From: a virus
DNA: 64,000 bases
IMG/VR virus record: IMGVR_UViG_3300021389_001814
Coordinates: 4,467-68,466 of that record
Strand: one strand, 5' to 3'
The notes below the pieces were generated by a model. The model was not told the DNA's origin, searched no databases, and was given only the letters and a program-made list of their open reading frames with translations. The translations under genes and the position numbers were made by a program. Shown here piece after piece: positions 30,201 to 38,840 of this stretch; position 1 is the first letter of the stretch, and the number at the start of each line of letters is the position of its first letter.

Positions 30201-30907
30201 GTTTTTCCGGCAGAATAATGTCCATCATCTCTAAAGTATACACTTTGTAAATTTGTTCCTTGAACGCTCGCGTCGTATGATTCGTCTGGCGTAATAAAAT
30301 TACCACTAGTTATATCCCAAGCAGTTGAAAGAATAACGTGATAAACAAATTGAGTATTATTTGTCAAGTATGCGTGTAATCCATCATTGCTAATATATAA
30401 TCCATTCACTCCGCTTATTGCGGAAACACTTGCAACTTTATCTATCGTGTTTATATCCCATGGATCACTTAGTGCACCACTTTGTATTTGTCCAATATTA
30501 TCAACTAAGAATATTTTTGTTCCATCTGGAGAAAAAAACATGTGATCTACACTAGTTTCCAAAAATTCGCTATAAAGATTAGTGCTACCCTTATAAACAC
30601 TAGTATCAATATCCATTTCACCGATGTTACCATTTCGTTCCATAGTGATACTTAATTTTGAGCTTTTGTTTTGTGGGATATTTTGTAGACGCAATCTTGA
30701 ACCAATATTTGTATCCAAGTCTATTCTGGCATTGTTTCCATTTGCAATATCAATATCCACGTTTATAGTATTGGAACCATAATCCTGCGATGTGGTACTG
30801 AATGTTTGTTGTGTTAGTGACCAGCTTTCACCGTTCCAAGTAAAAACTGTATTATTAGCAGTGAAGGTTTCACCTACTGTTGGATTGCTTGGAAAATTGA
30901 TTGCCAT
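27269..30907 (-). CDS. Large fibre/adhesin protein with beta-propeller repeats and an inserted Gly-rich domain
   Basis: Many FxxDGxxxY...YxLxTxWDIxxA repeats; Gly-rich block at about 27900-28630; MAINFP N-terminal motif. Confidence 0.8.
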   Translation of the reverse strand: MAINFPSNPTVGETFTANNTVFTWNGESWSLTQQTFSTTSQDYGSNTINVDIDIANGNNARIDLDTNIGSRLRLQNIPQNKSSKLSITMERNGNIGEMDIDTSVYKGSTNLYSEFLETSVDHMFFSPDGTKIFLVDNIGQIQSGALSDPWDINTIDKVASVSAISGVNGLYISNDGLHAYLTNNTQFVYHVILSTAWDITSGNFITPDESYDASVQGTNLQSVYFRDDGHYSAGKTMFLLSDSENKIFQYSLNTAWVFSDGSPTPLSYVFQELSVTAEDSSPIQMYIRQSDGLKLYVFGGATDRVYMYDLNSAWNILGSAGADDSYSFASISTAGRSVFFNPDGTEMFYAESSNYRIHKYTITDWTVSSASYSGYYSMNKHMETIEGLFVTHDGTRMYAVSSNDDKVHYYVLNTPWDITSARYQHKEFYIGSAETSPTAIYVSPDGKYFYIVGTSTDRVRMYLMSTPWDITTASYVDNGYIGAQESIPYGMWFSSDGLNFYILGISEIVYQYVLDAPWTLGNKTLTNTYSYNLGTTYGISFHGISFTEDGRHMFIMDRTLKSVSQFRLSTPFRVSTASFTGKTIEFSGIGGTTFSDICVSPDGEHLYLCDYNTDRVYQYDIDYGEWDLENYSSDGITFNPTTKAGDEDIIAFRWGKDGFRLYVLGNISPIILQYNCDIQYDLSSISASGPSGFLNVGLQDSNSSGFMFNEDGTILYAIGSANGTISQYDLDIAWELGFDSGGQSYSGTTVTLPNPADYHGEAIYTTPGTYSWTCPNGVTSVSAVCIGGGGGGVAGDAYYARSGGGGGLGWKNDIPVIPGQSYTVVVGAGGAGVYLSNSSNSGGASYFTTTGTVLGSGANRYTGGTYVGDGGGNGGNGSSSTSSSFASGGGGAGGYLGNGGNGGFYTGLATAGAGGAGGGGGGGSNGYLGGVGGAVGIYGIGSDGAAGVYNGGNGGNGSINVSNGTLASAVFGYGARSDDRNTSGTTDGGDGAVRIVWGRGKTYPYDAYFADINVNYTIDPYTKIQFKPDGTRLYVMGTYDNTVVEYVLNTAWDLSSIDNSQTAVFQEHFRIDVNERNLTTFYISPLGDKLFIYGLDRDDIFQFTMSTPWDITTASYDGKAFTAVPTIPMADVGFDYSGSKMFMLGDGNNSIYSYTIATYSPMIIWPTGINWENDSPPQIPARGSSTIVELYVSDNGNRIYGLEKIKNSDNPQ

Positions 30908-30931
30908 ATTTTATTATATCCTTTGAACATA

Positions 30932-32200
30932 TTATATATTATTTATTATCTGTCTAGCATAGTAAGTAATGCCATTATCTGGTGTTTGCATTTCGTATAA
31001 TGCAGAGTTATTTAAATCTGGCGTATCAGGGGTAGTGTCGTATTCCCATTTTACATTTTCAGGCCAAATTACATCACACACTGAATCCACGGTTACATTT
31101 GACGAACTATATTGATTAACTTGTTGCGAACTATTCAAATAATACATTTTTGAACCATCACTATTAAATTCAAAACTATACATATTATTGGATAATATAT
31201 TGTTTTCATTAGAATTTAATCTTACTAAACTTGCAGTAGACACCTGCCACTGTTCTGATAATTCGTATTGACGAAATTCATTAGTATTTCTATCCGATAT
31301 AAACATATATCGTCCATCTTCTGAGAATCTTATTTTACTGTATGCAATGGTGGGATTATTTCCTATTATTTTAAATGTTCCGACTAGCGTGGAACCACCG
31401 CTAAAATCAAAATTCGAATTTAATTCATATTGCCAGATAGCATCTGCGCTAGTTTGACCAACTTCATAAATATATAAATAATCTCCATTTGTGGAAAACG
31501 TGAAACTATTAAATGCAGAACTGGCGAATGCCAAATAGGTGGAAAAAGTCGGATTCGTTATATCCCATGGAGAAGACAAATCGTATTCATTTATAGCGTT
31601 TGCACTGGTTCCTCCAGTAACGTATAATTTTAGTCCGTCATTGGATATGCAAAAATCTGACAGGTCAGTTACATTCAATGTTCCTGTAAGACTGGTAGAT
31701 ACCGTAGATGTTCCTATACTAGTTAAATCAAATGGATTTCCTAGCTCATATCGTCTTACAGCTTCAACTTCTCTTTCCAATACATAAAGATATTCTCCGC
31801 CTGTAACTGGTCCACCAAATTTAAAACTAAATACACTGTATACTGATAAATCTTCTGTTTGTATATTATCATATACTAAATTGTTAATATCATAACTTGT
31901 GATATTAGTATCACTATAATCGCCAGTTGTGTTAATTTTTACGAAAAATCTTGAATTAGTATCGCCAGAAGATACATTTTCAAAATTTATGGCAGTAGTC
32001 GTAGAAACATCTATATCAAAAAAGTTTGCATTTGATAAATCCAAAATTGCATCATTGTCTACATCGGGCGTGACATTTTCTTTTCTAACAATATAGGAAC
32101 GACGAATTGGTTGCCATTTTTTACCATCATATTCGTAAAAATATGAACCTTCTTGGTGTATATCTCCTAGCGTGGGTGATGTAGGGAAATTAAGAGCCAT
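30932..32200 (-). CDS. Beta-propeller fibre/adhesin protein
   Basis: Same propeller repeat as 27269; MALNFP N-terminal motif. Confidence 0.75.
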   Translation of the reverse strand: MALNFPTSPTLGDIHQEGSYFYEYDGKKWQPIRRSYIVRKENVTPDVDNDAILDLSNANFFDIDVSTTTAINFENVSSGDTNSRFFVKINTTGDYSDTNITSYDINNLVYDNIQTEDLSVYSVFSFKFGGPVTGGEYLYVLEREVEAVRRYELGNPFDLTSIGTSTVSTSLTGTLNVTDLSDFCISNDGLKLYVTGGTSANAINEYDLSSPWDITNPTFSTYLAFASSAFNSFTFSTNGDYLYIYEVGQTSADAIWQYELNSNFDFSGGSTLVGTFKIIGNNPTIAYSKIRFSEDGRYMFISDRNTNEFRQYELSEQWQVSTASLVRLNSNENNILSNNMYSFEFNSDGSKMYYLNSSQQVNQYSSSNVTVDSVCDVIWPENVKWEYDTTPDTPDLNNSALYEMQTPDNGITYYARQIINNI

Positions 32201-32211
32201 CGTTTATTCCT

Positions 32212-33792
32212 TTATCCATTGTAAATCGTATCTGCAATAAGTATTCCATCAAACTTATAAAATTCTATTATTTGAGAAGAATTTGTATCAACGCTAGGCG
32301 CAAACCCATTTGCCCAAAGAATTTGAGTTGGCCAATTTATGCTATAATTTACTTCTCCATTGTTATTTAATTTTAACAAAAAGTTGTCTGTTCCAATAAC
32401 GCTAGTTATATCAACGGTATATTCTGGGTTAACTATAACACGCTGATAATCAGTTAGTGTTCCTTTTTCAAGCTGTGCGCCCCATACATACATTCCTTTT
32501 GTAGAATCCCCATCATATATCAGTTGTTGGGAATCATTTTCAGTATAAATGAATGCATAATGGTATCCTATAAACCCAGTCTTTCCAGTTATAGAAACGC
32601 GATACCAACCATTTGGTTCTTCTGTTATAGCAGAGTCAGATATCACGGCATTTCCTACGCTATCAACTCCCCCAGTAACCGTATTTACTGTTAAACTTCC
32701 GAAATCGAATTCAGCATCAATAAATGAATTAAATGTGTTTGTTGCAATTCTAATCATACCATATCGTCTTTGTTGTTTTTTAACATAAAACGAAAGAGTG
32801 TAATCTTGATTTATATCATCTACCGTATGATTATAAACCAAATAGTATGAAACCCCGGTTCCGTTGGTTTCTAGAATTAAGTCACCAGTGAGTGTATTAT
32901 CTGGTGCTAGAATAGTATCTTTTGTTATAGTTGTGTTTGCTTTGAACCAAACATTGTTTTCAAATTCTTGTGTATATATTAATTTATTTTTATATCCGGG
33001 TCTATAATAATCACTAAGTTCGCCTTCTTCAAGAACTGCTCCCCAAACATACAAACCAGAACTGCCATCACCATTATAAGCAGAATATACATCATTTCCT
33101 GTAGTTGCATTTTCTATTATACGAAATTGCGTACTATAATATATTCCATTTGACGCTGCTGATGCAGTTATCCAGCATCTATACCAATCATTGCCAACAT
33201 TTTCTACCCCAGCACTATAATCCCCAGATACAGCAATATGCGCAACTTCGGTATCAAGATTGAAGGCAACTCCTATGTAATTACCATATATTACATTATT
33301 CAATACCATTCCAAAATGTCTGTTACCAGAAGACCTTTTGACGTATACACTATGCGTATATTTTTTTCCTGCGTTATACGGACCGCCATATTTTTGAAAA
33401 TATCGTGCAACGCTTGCAGTAGAATCCTCTGTTATCAAGTCAGCAGTTGTGTTACCATCTATCGCTACTGCTTGATTCAGTGTCACACTTCCATACAATA
33501 CACTACTAAACGTGAACCAACTATTTCCAGACAAATCTTCCGGAAAATCCCAAAAATTATATTTTTTTCCAATATCATATTCTACAAAATTATAAAGATT
33601 GGTATTAACCGATATTTTAGGAATATCATTATCAGTTAATTCATATCTTTTGTAATCAGTAAATTCACTTGAAATTAAACTGTTATTTTCAATTGGACCA
33701 GTGATCCATTTTTTTCCATTCCACTTATAAATCTTTTCACCAAATGAATATATCTGGCCAAGTGTTGGATTATTTGGAAAATTTATTGCCAT
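32212..33792 (-). CDS. Fibre protein with two tandem head-spike/CBM-like domains
   Basis: Duplicated T(A/G)DLIxE...WYRxxIT...GDxxxGxYVWGAxLExG domain; MAINFP N-terminal motif. Confidence 0.7.
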   Translation of the reverse strand: MAINFPNNPTLGQIYSFGEKIYKWNGKKWITGPIENNSLISSEFTDYKRYELTDNDIPKISVNTNLYNFVEYDIGKKYNFWDFPEDLSGNSWFTFSSVLYGSVTLNQAVAIDGNTTADLITEDSTASVARYFQKYGGPYNAGKKYTHSVYVKRSSGNRHFGMVLNNVIYGNYIGVAFNLDTEVAHIAVSGDYSAGVENVGNDWYRCWITASAASNGIYYSTQFRIIENATTGNDVYSAYNGDGSSGLYVWGAVLEEGELSDYYRPGYKNKLIYTQEFENNVWFKANTTITKDTILAPDNTLTGDLILETNGTGVSYYLVYNHTVDDINQDYTLSFYVKKQQRRYGMIRIATNTFNSFIDAEFDFGSLTVNTVTGGVDSVGNAVISDSAITEEPNGWYRVSITGKTGFIGYHYAFIYTENDSQQLIYDGDSTKGMYVWGAQLEKGTLTDYQRVIVNPEYTVDITSVIGTDNFLLKLNNNGEVNYSINWPTQILWANGFAPSVDTNSSQIIEFYKFDGILIADTIYNG

Positions 33793-33803
33793 ATTTTATA
33801 TCC

Positions 33804-35489
33804 TTATCCTAAGTCGCCAGTTAATACCCATTCATTCTCGTCAATTTTTGTAACACGAATAACACTGTATTGACCAGATGTTCTTGGAGTTGTTCCACTT
33901 TTTCTATAAATGGTAACGCCGCTTGCGCCGCTCACTGTAATAGTTGCGCTGTTAAATTGCATTATATGAAATGTTGTTCCAACTGAAAATTGAGTATTTG
34001 TATAATTTGGGATGGTCACAGTTGTTGGATTAATAGTATTGAAAGCAAAAATCTTACCGTTATCGCCCACTTGTGGTGTTAATGACGTTGCATTGGTTTT
34101 TTCACTTTGCGTGATATAATTCCCAGGAACACCTTGCGGACCCTGTTTTCCACTGACAACTACCCATTGACTTGTATCACCATCATTATAATAAACACTT
34201 AATGTTGCATCATCTGGGTCAAACCACAATTTTCCTACAATTTCTTCTGGTGTAGTTGTAATATCTGTCAGTGTTCCTGTGAGACCGCGAGAACCAGTAA
34301 ATCCGGTATCACCGTCGTTTCCAGTAGAACCAGTAAATCCGATAGAACCGGACTCTCCGACCGGACCCTGCGGTCCACTCGTTACAACCCACTGCGGACT
34401 ACCATCTCCATCATCATAATATACGCTCAATGTTCCATCAGTAGTATCAAACCACATATGTCCTGTGAGAACAGATTTTGATTCTGTTGGGTCTGTTTCG
34501 CCAACGTCTGCGCGAAAACCTTGAGAACCACTATATCCTAAGCTTCCATTAAATCCACGAATACCGCTAGAACCAACAAACCCTACATCACCTTTGTTTG
34601 CAACTTGCTGCCAAGTTGACCCATCATAGAAAAATTCTATTCTACTATTTGAAACATTTGCATTATACGTTTGCGATGCTCCTTCTATGAGTTCGCCAGT
34701 ACCAGCGTCTATAGTTAAAGGATTGAGTCCCCAATTTGCACCATCCATAAATGTAACAACATCGCCAAATTCTGGCGGATTAGGAAGATTTACAGTAAAA
34801 GAACCACCGCTAGTATTTGCAATTATTGCTTGTAAGTCATTTGAATTATATCCACCATTTGCTACTGTTAGGTAAATCCAATCAGCGAATCCACCTTTTG
34901 CACCTGTATCTCCTTTTTTGCCAATGTTTGTTAATATTTGCCAGGTGTCTCCGTCATAAATAAATTCTACTCTAATTCCAGTAATGTTTAAAGTAAAATT
35001 ATCTGCAAGTCCTTCTATTGTTTCTAATGAAATTAGATTTCTAGACACAGTTAATGGATTTAATTCCCAATCAGCACCATCTGTTATTTCTACAATTGAA
35101 CCAACTGTTGGCGATTGTGGAAGATATAACGTAAATGATCCACCGCTGGTGTCTGCAATAATTGCTTCTAAATTTTCCATTTGATAGTCTGAAGTTTTTA
35201 AACTCCAGTTCATAGCACCACGAGAACCAGTGTATCCTATTATTCCCTGACTTCCAGTATATCCTTGTGAACCATTAAAACCTCGACTTCCAGTATATCC
35301 CTGACTACCAGTCCATCCTTGGCTACCCGTAAATCCTTGGCTACCTGTAAATCCTTGAATTCCTTGACTGCCTGTATATCCACGTGATCCAGTATATGCA
35401 CGAGAACCAGTATAGCCAATTATACCCTGTGAGCCTGTGAAGCCAACAAAACTAGTTCCCAAAAAATCACTAACATTAATAGTTGCCAT
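33804..35489 (-). CDS. Collagen-like fibre protein
   Basis: GxTGSQ repeats, two IA(D/N)TSGGSF domains, two WFD knob domains, ends WVLTGDLG. Confidence 0.8.
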   Translation of the reverse strand: MATINVSDFLGTSFVGFTGSQGIIGYTGSRAYTGSRGYTGSQGIQGFTGSQGFTGSQGWTGSQGYTGSRGFNGSQGYTGSQGIIGYTGSRGAMNWSLKTSDYQMENLEAIIADTSGGSFTLYLPQSPTVGSIVEITDGADWELNPLTVSRNLISLETIEGLADNFTLNITGIRVEFIYDGDTWQILTNIGKKGDTGAKGGFADWIYLTVANGGYNSNDLQAIIANTSGGSFTVNLPNPPEFGDVVTFMDGANWGLNPLTIDAGTGELIEGASQTYNANVSNSRIEFFYDGSTWQQVANKGDVGFVGSSGIRGFNGSLGYSGSQGFRADVGETDPTESKSVLTGHMWFDTTDGTLSVYYDDGDGSPQWVVTSGPQGPVGESGSIGFTGSTGNDGDTGFTGSRGLTGTLTDITTTPEEIVGKLWFDPDDATLSVYYNDGDTSQWVVVSGKQGPQGVPGNYITQSEKTNATSLTPQVGDNGKIFAFNTINPTTVTIPNYTNTQFSVGTTFHIMQFNSATITVSGASGVTIYRKSGTTPRTSGQYSVIRVTKIDENEWVLTGDLG

Positions 35490-35519
35490 ACAGTTCTCCT
35501 ACTTTATTATACTTATTTA

Positions 35520-36248
35520 TCATTCTATAATTATCCAAAATGCTATCTGTATTGTTGGGTCACTTCCGCTAACACCATACACCGTATTAATAGGATCATT
35601 ATTTGGGCCATTCCAAATTTTATACTGACTTGCGACATAATCAAAATTACTATGATCAACAACCTGATCCGAACTTGGATTTGAAGTTGCAGCAAATGTT
35701 GTACTATTTGTATAAAAATAATGAAAAGAAATAGCACCCTGATCTGGATTAATAGTTGGTGAATTTATAGATATATTAGTATTAGTTGAGTTCGAAAAAT
35801 CATAATTTCCATAAAAAACGTCCGTTATAGTATTTCCGTCCAAGTTCCTAAAAATATATAGCTGATCATAATCATTTACAGTCGGAGAACTAATAAAACT
35901 TATATTAGTTCCTCGATCTGAAATTTCAAATTTTTTAAATGATGCAGCAATTCTATAGGCACTAAAAGAATAATCACCGACCAATGTCCACCCAGGCTGT
36001 GTTCCAAAAACAACATTTACGGCTGACATTTCTAGCAATATTCCAAAATGTGTATCATCTACATAATTTGGTATAGCCCCGCCTGTGTCATTTGTAAAAC
36101 TTATGATCTCAACGAGTTCAATTTGAATGGGTGGTGCGAATCCATAAACAAGTTCGCTACCATAATAAACCCTATCTGCTAGTGAATTTCCTACATATAA
36201 ATCATCTGGATATGTGTTTCCAAATCTAAATTTTGTAACTTCTGCCAT
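35520..36248 (-). CDS. Putative fibre tip protein
   Basis: N-terminal LYVGNSLADRVYYGSELVY motif; directly follows the collagen gene. Confidence 0.55.
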   Translation of the reverse strand: MAEVTKFRFGNTYPDDLYVGNSLADRVYYGSELVYGFAPPIQIELVEIISFTNDTGGAIPNYVDDTHFGILLEMSAVNVVFGTQPGWTLVGDYSFSAYRIAASFKKFEISDRGTNISFISSPTVNDYDQLYIFRNLDGNTITDVFYGNYDFSNSTNTNISINSPTINPDQGAISFHYFYTNSTTFAATSNPSSDQVVDHSNFDYVASQYKIWNGPNNDPINTVYGVSGSDPTIQIAFWIIIE

Positions 36249-36253
36249 TCACT

Positions 36254-38371
36254 TTATCCCGATACTATATATAATATATTTGCCGATGGGGTCAACGCAT
36301 CGTATTCTGTTTGTGTAACAATTCTTATATCACTAATATCAGTAGTAAGTTGTCCTTTACTTCCAGTATATCCAGATTCGCCCTTTTCACCAATGTTCGA
36401 AACTAGTTGCCATGTTGTACCGTCATAAACGAAGTCATTTCTAGATTCACCAATATCAAAAACGAAATCTAATTCTAATCCTTCAATGGTTTCCAGTGAT
36501 ACTGGATTTCTTGCAACAGTTAGAGGATTATCGCTCCAATTTGCACCATCAATGAAAAGAACAGCATCACCGTCGTTTGGTGTTTCTGGCAAATAAACAG
36601 TAAAAGAACCTCCGCTTGTATTTGCAATAATACCTTCAATGTTATTAGTAACATAACCATCGTCCGTTACATCCAAGTATGACCAATTTGCAAATCCACC
36701 ATCATTGCCTCTTGATCCAGTATATCCTATACTTCCCGTGTATCCGTCTACACCGTCTACACCATCAGAACCTGCAACACCTTGACTACCAACGAACCCA
36801 ACGCTTCCCGTGTATCCTATACTTCCGGTGTATCCTATACTTCCCACAAATCCAGTATCACCTTGAATACCTTGGGAACCTATAAAACCTGTGTCGCCTT
36901 TACTACCAGTGTAACCTATGCTACCAGTATACCCATCACGTCCAATTATACCATCTAGCCCACGGGAACCAGTGTACCCCAGTTCGCCTCGCGAACCCGT
37001 GTATCCTTCACCGCTTGAACCAGTATATCCCAATTCGCCCTGAATACCTTGGCTACCAGAAAATCCCGTATCTCCGCGACTACCAGTATAACCTTGGCTA
37101 CCTGTAAATCCTAAATCACCGCTTGAACCAGTATAACCTACGCTACCTATAAATCCATCAACACCGTCTGTTCCAGAAGACCCTCGTGAACCAGTGTATC
37201 CTATACTTCCTGTATATCCTATACTTCCTGTGAAACCAACAGCGCCGAAATCACCAGAATCACCCTTTTCGCCTCGTGAACCAGTATAGCCGATACTTCC
37301 TGAAAATCCGGTTTCACCCTGAATTCCTTGTACGCCCTGAGAACCAGCAAATCCGGTATCGCCTTTGCTACCAGTATAACCTACGCTACCAGTATATCCT
37401 ATAGAACCAGCTTCACCCGACAAACCTTGGCTACCAGTGAAACCTATGCTTCCTGTGTATCCTAGTTCACCCTGAATACCACGACTACCAGCAAATCCAA
37501 CGGTTCCTCTTGAACCAGTATAGCCAACACTACCAGCAAATCCTGTTTCGCCTTGGATACCATGGCTACCTGTAAAACCAATACTACCAGTATAACCAAC
37601 ACTACCAGTATATCCCAATGTTCCCCTAGAACCTACAAATCCAGAAATACCTTGGCTACCAGTATATCCGATAGAGCCAGTGTATCCCAATTCACCTTGC
37701 AGACCCTGAGTACCAGTACTACCAGCATATCCGGCTTCACCTTTGCTACCAGTATAACCAACACTGCCAGTATATCCTATTTCACCCTGAGTTCCTTGAC
37801 TGCCAACAAATCCAACAATACCTTGTGATCCGGTGTATCCAATGCTGCCAGTATATCCTAGTTGACCTTGATCACCTTGAATACCACGACTACCACTATA
37901 TCCAGTTGCACCTTGGCTACCAGAGTAGCCGACACTGCCAGTATATCCCTGACTTCCGGTATAGCCTATAAATCTACCAGCATCTTGCCATTGTGTTCCA
38001 TTCCAAATATAAATGTGTTCATCGGATGCAACAATATAGGCATCGCCAATTGTATTTCCAGTAGCTGGCAAATCCCCAACAGTTGGCAATACATCTAAAA
38101 CAAACAATCCTTTGCCTTGTGAACCAGTATATCCGATAGAACCAGTGAATCCTAAATCGCCGCGCGAACCAGCAAATCCTCGTGAACCCGTATATCCAGT
38201 TGCATCAATCCAATACCTGCTTCCATCCAAATCGCCAGCAAGTATTTTTCCATCACCAGATGGTAAACCTAAATCCGGTTCTGCATTGTCGAGACTAAGA
38301 AACTCATAGCGTTCTGGATCAGCTTCTGCACTCGGCGTTTTTCTTATTCTATCAGATAATAGCTTTGACAT
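36254..38371 (-). CDS. Long collagen-like fibre protein
   Basis: About 420 aa of near-continuous G-x-x (GYTGS) repeat; ends VTQTEYDALTPSANILYIVSG. Confidence 0.85.
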   Translation of the reverse strand: MSKLLSDRIRKTPSAEADPERYEFLSLDNAEPDLGLPSGDGKILAGDLDGSRYWIDATGYTGSRGFAGSRGDLGFTGSIGYTGSQGKGLFVLDVLPTVGDLPATGNTIGDAYIVASDEHIYIWNGTQWQDAGRFIGYTGSQGYTGSVGYSGSQGATGYSGSRGIQGDQGQLGYTGSIGYTGSQGIVGFVGSQGTQGEIGYTGSVGYTGSKGEAGYAGSTGTQGLQGELGYTGSIGYTGSQGISGFVGSRGTLGYTGSVGYTGSIGFTGSHGIQGETGFAGSVGYTGSRGTVGFAGSRGIQGELGYTGSIGFTGSQGLSGEAGSIGYTGSVGYTGSKGDTGFAGSQGVQGIQGETGFSGSIGYTGSRGEKGDSGDFGAVGFTGSIGYTGSIGYTGSRGSSGTDGVDGFIGSVGYTGSSGDLGFTGSQGYTGSRGDTGFSGSQGIQGELGYTGSSGEGYTGSRGELGYTGSRGLDGIIGRDGYTGSIGYTGSKGDTGFIGSQGIQGDTGFVGSIGYTGSIGYTGSVGFVGSQGVAGSDGVDGVDGYTGSIGYTGSRGNDGGFANWSYLDVTDDGYVTNNIEGIIANTSGGSFTVYLPETPNDGDAVLFIDGANWSDNPLTVARNPVSLETIEGLELDFVFDIGESRNDFVYDGTTWQLVSNIGEKGESGYTGSKGQLTTDISDIRIVTQTEYDALTPSANILYIVSG

Positions 38372-38373
38372 TA

Positions 38374-38838
38374 TTATTCTACTCCGATGTGTTCGTTAGT
38401 TGCTTTTTCTTCCGCTGATGACCATACATTAAATATATTGTCAACTTCTGCGCGAACTTGAATTCTATCTCCATTGGCACTGTTTGCATCTCTTTTAAAA
38501 ATACTTCTACCTTGTAGTGGAATAAACGCAGTATCTTCTTTTGGCACATAAACTTTTGCCATTTCAATAATTGTTCCATCTTCTTTTACAAGTTGAACTT
38601 CTATCCATCTTGTTACTGTGTCTTTGTTTTTCGCAGCAAGTGGCGTTAAAAAGAAAATTTCACCGGGCCTAATTGCACGGGTAGTATCAAGTGGGTCTCT
38701 TGTTGCGTAACGATTTGATGTATCTGGTATAGAAAAATCGGAAGATTCTGCTATAGTGACATAATCTGTAGTTACTGTATTTGATGTAACGCTGATTGGT
38801 CGTCCAGTAGATGGTGTGCGGCACGTAATTCTAGCCAT
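38374..38838 (-). CDS. Small virion connector protein (distant paralogue of 24167)
   Basis: VYVPKEDTAFI...GDRIQVRA...VWSSAEE resembles ITVPANSTLI...DDLLQGIA...VCSYEI. Confidence 0.55.
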   Translation of the reverse strand: MARITCRTPSTGRPISVTSNTVTTDYVTIAESSDFSIPDTSNRYATRDPLDTTRAIRPGEIFFLTPLAAKNKDTVTRWIEVQLVKEDGTIIEMAKVYVPKEDTAFIPLQGRSIFKRDANSANGDRIQVRAEVDNIFNVWSSAEEKATNEHIGVE

Positions 38839-38840
38839 AA

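Noticed and set aside
17531-38309. Plus-strand Pro-rich ORFs (PVYP repeats, e.g. 17531, 19480, 21579, 38112)
   Set aside because: Antisense shadows of the GYTG collagen codons; no RBS or promoter
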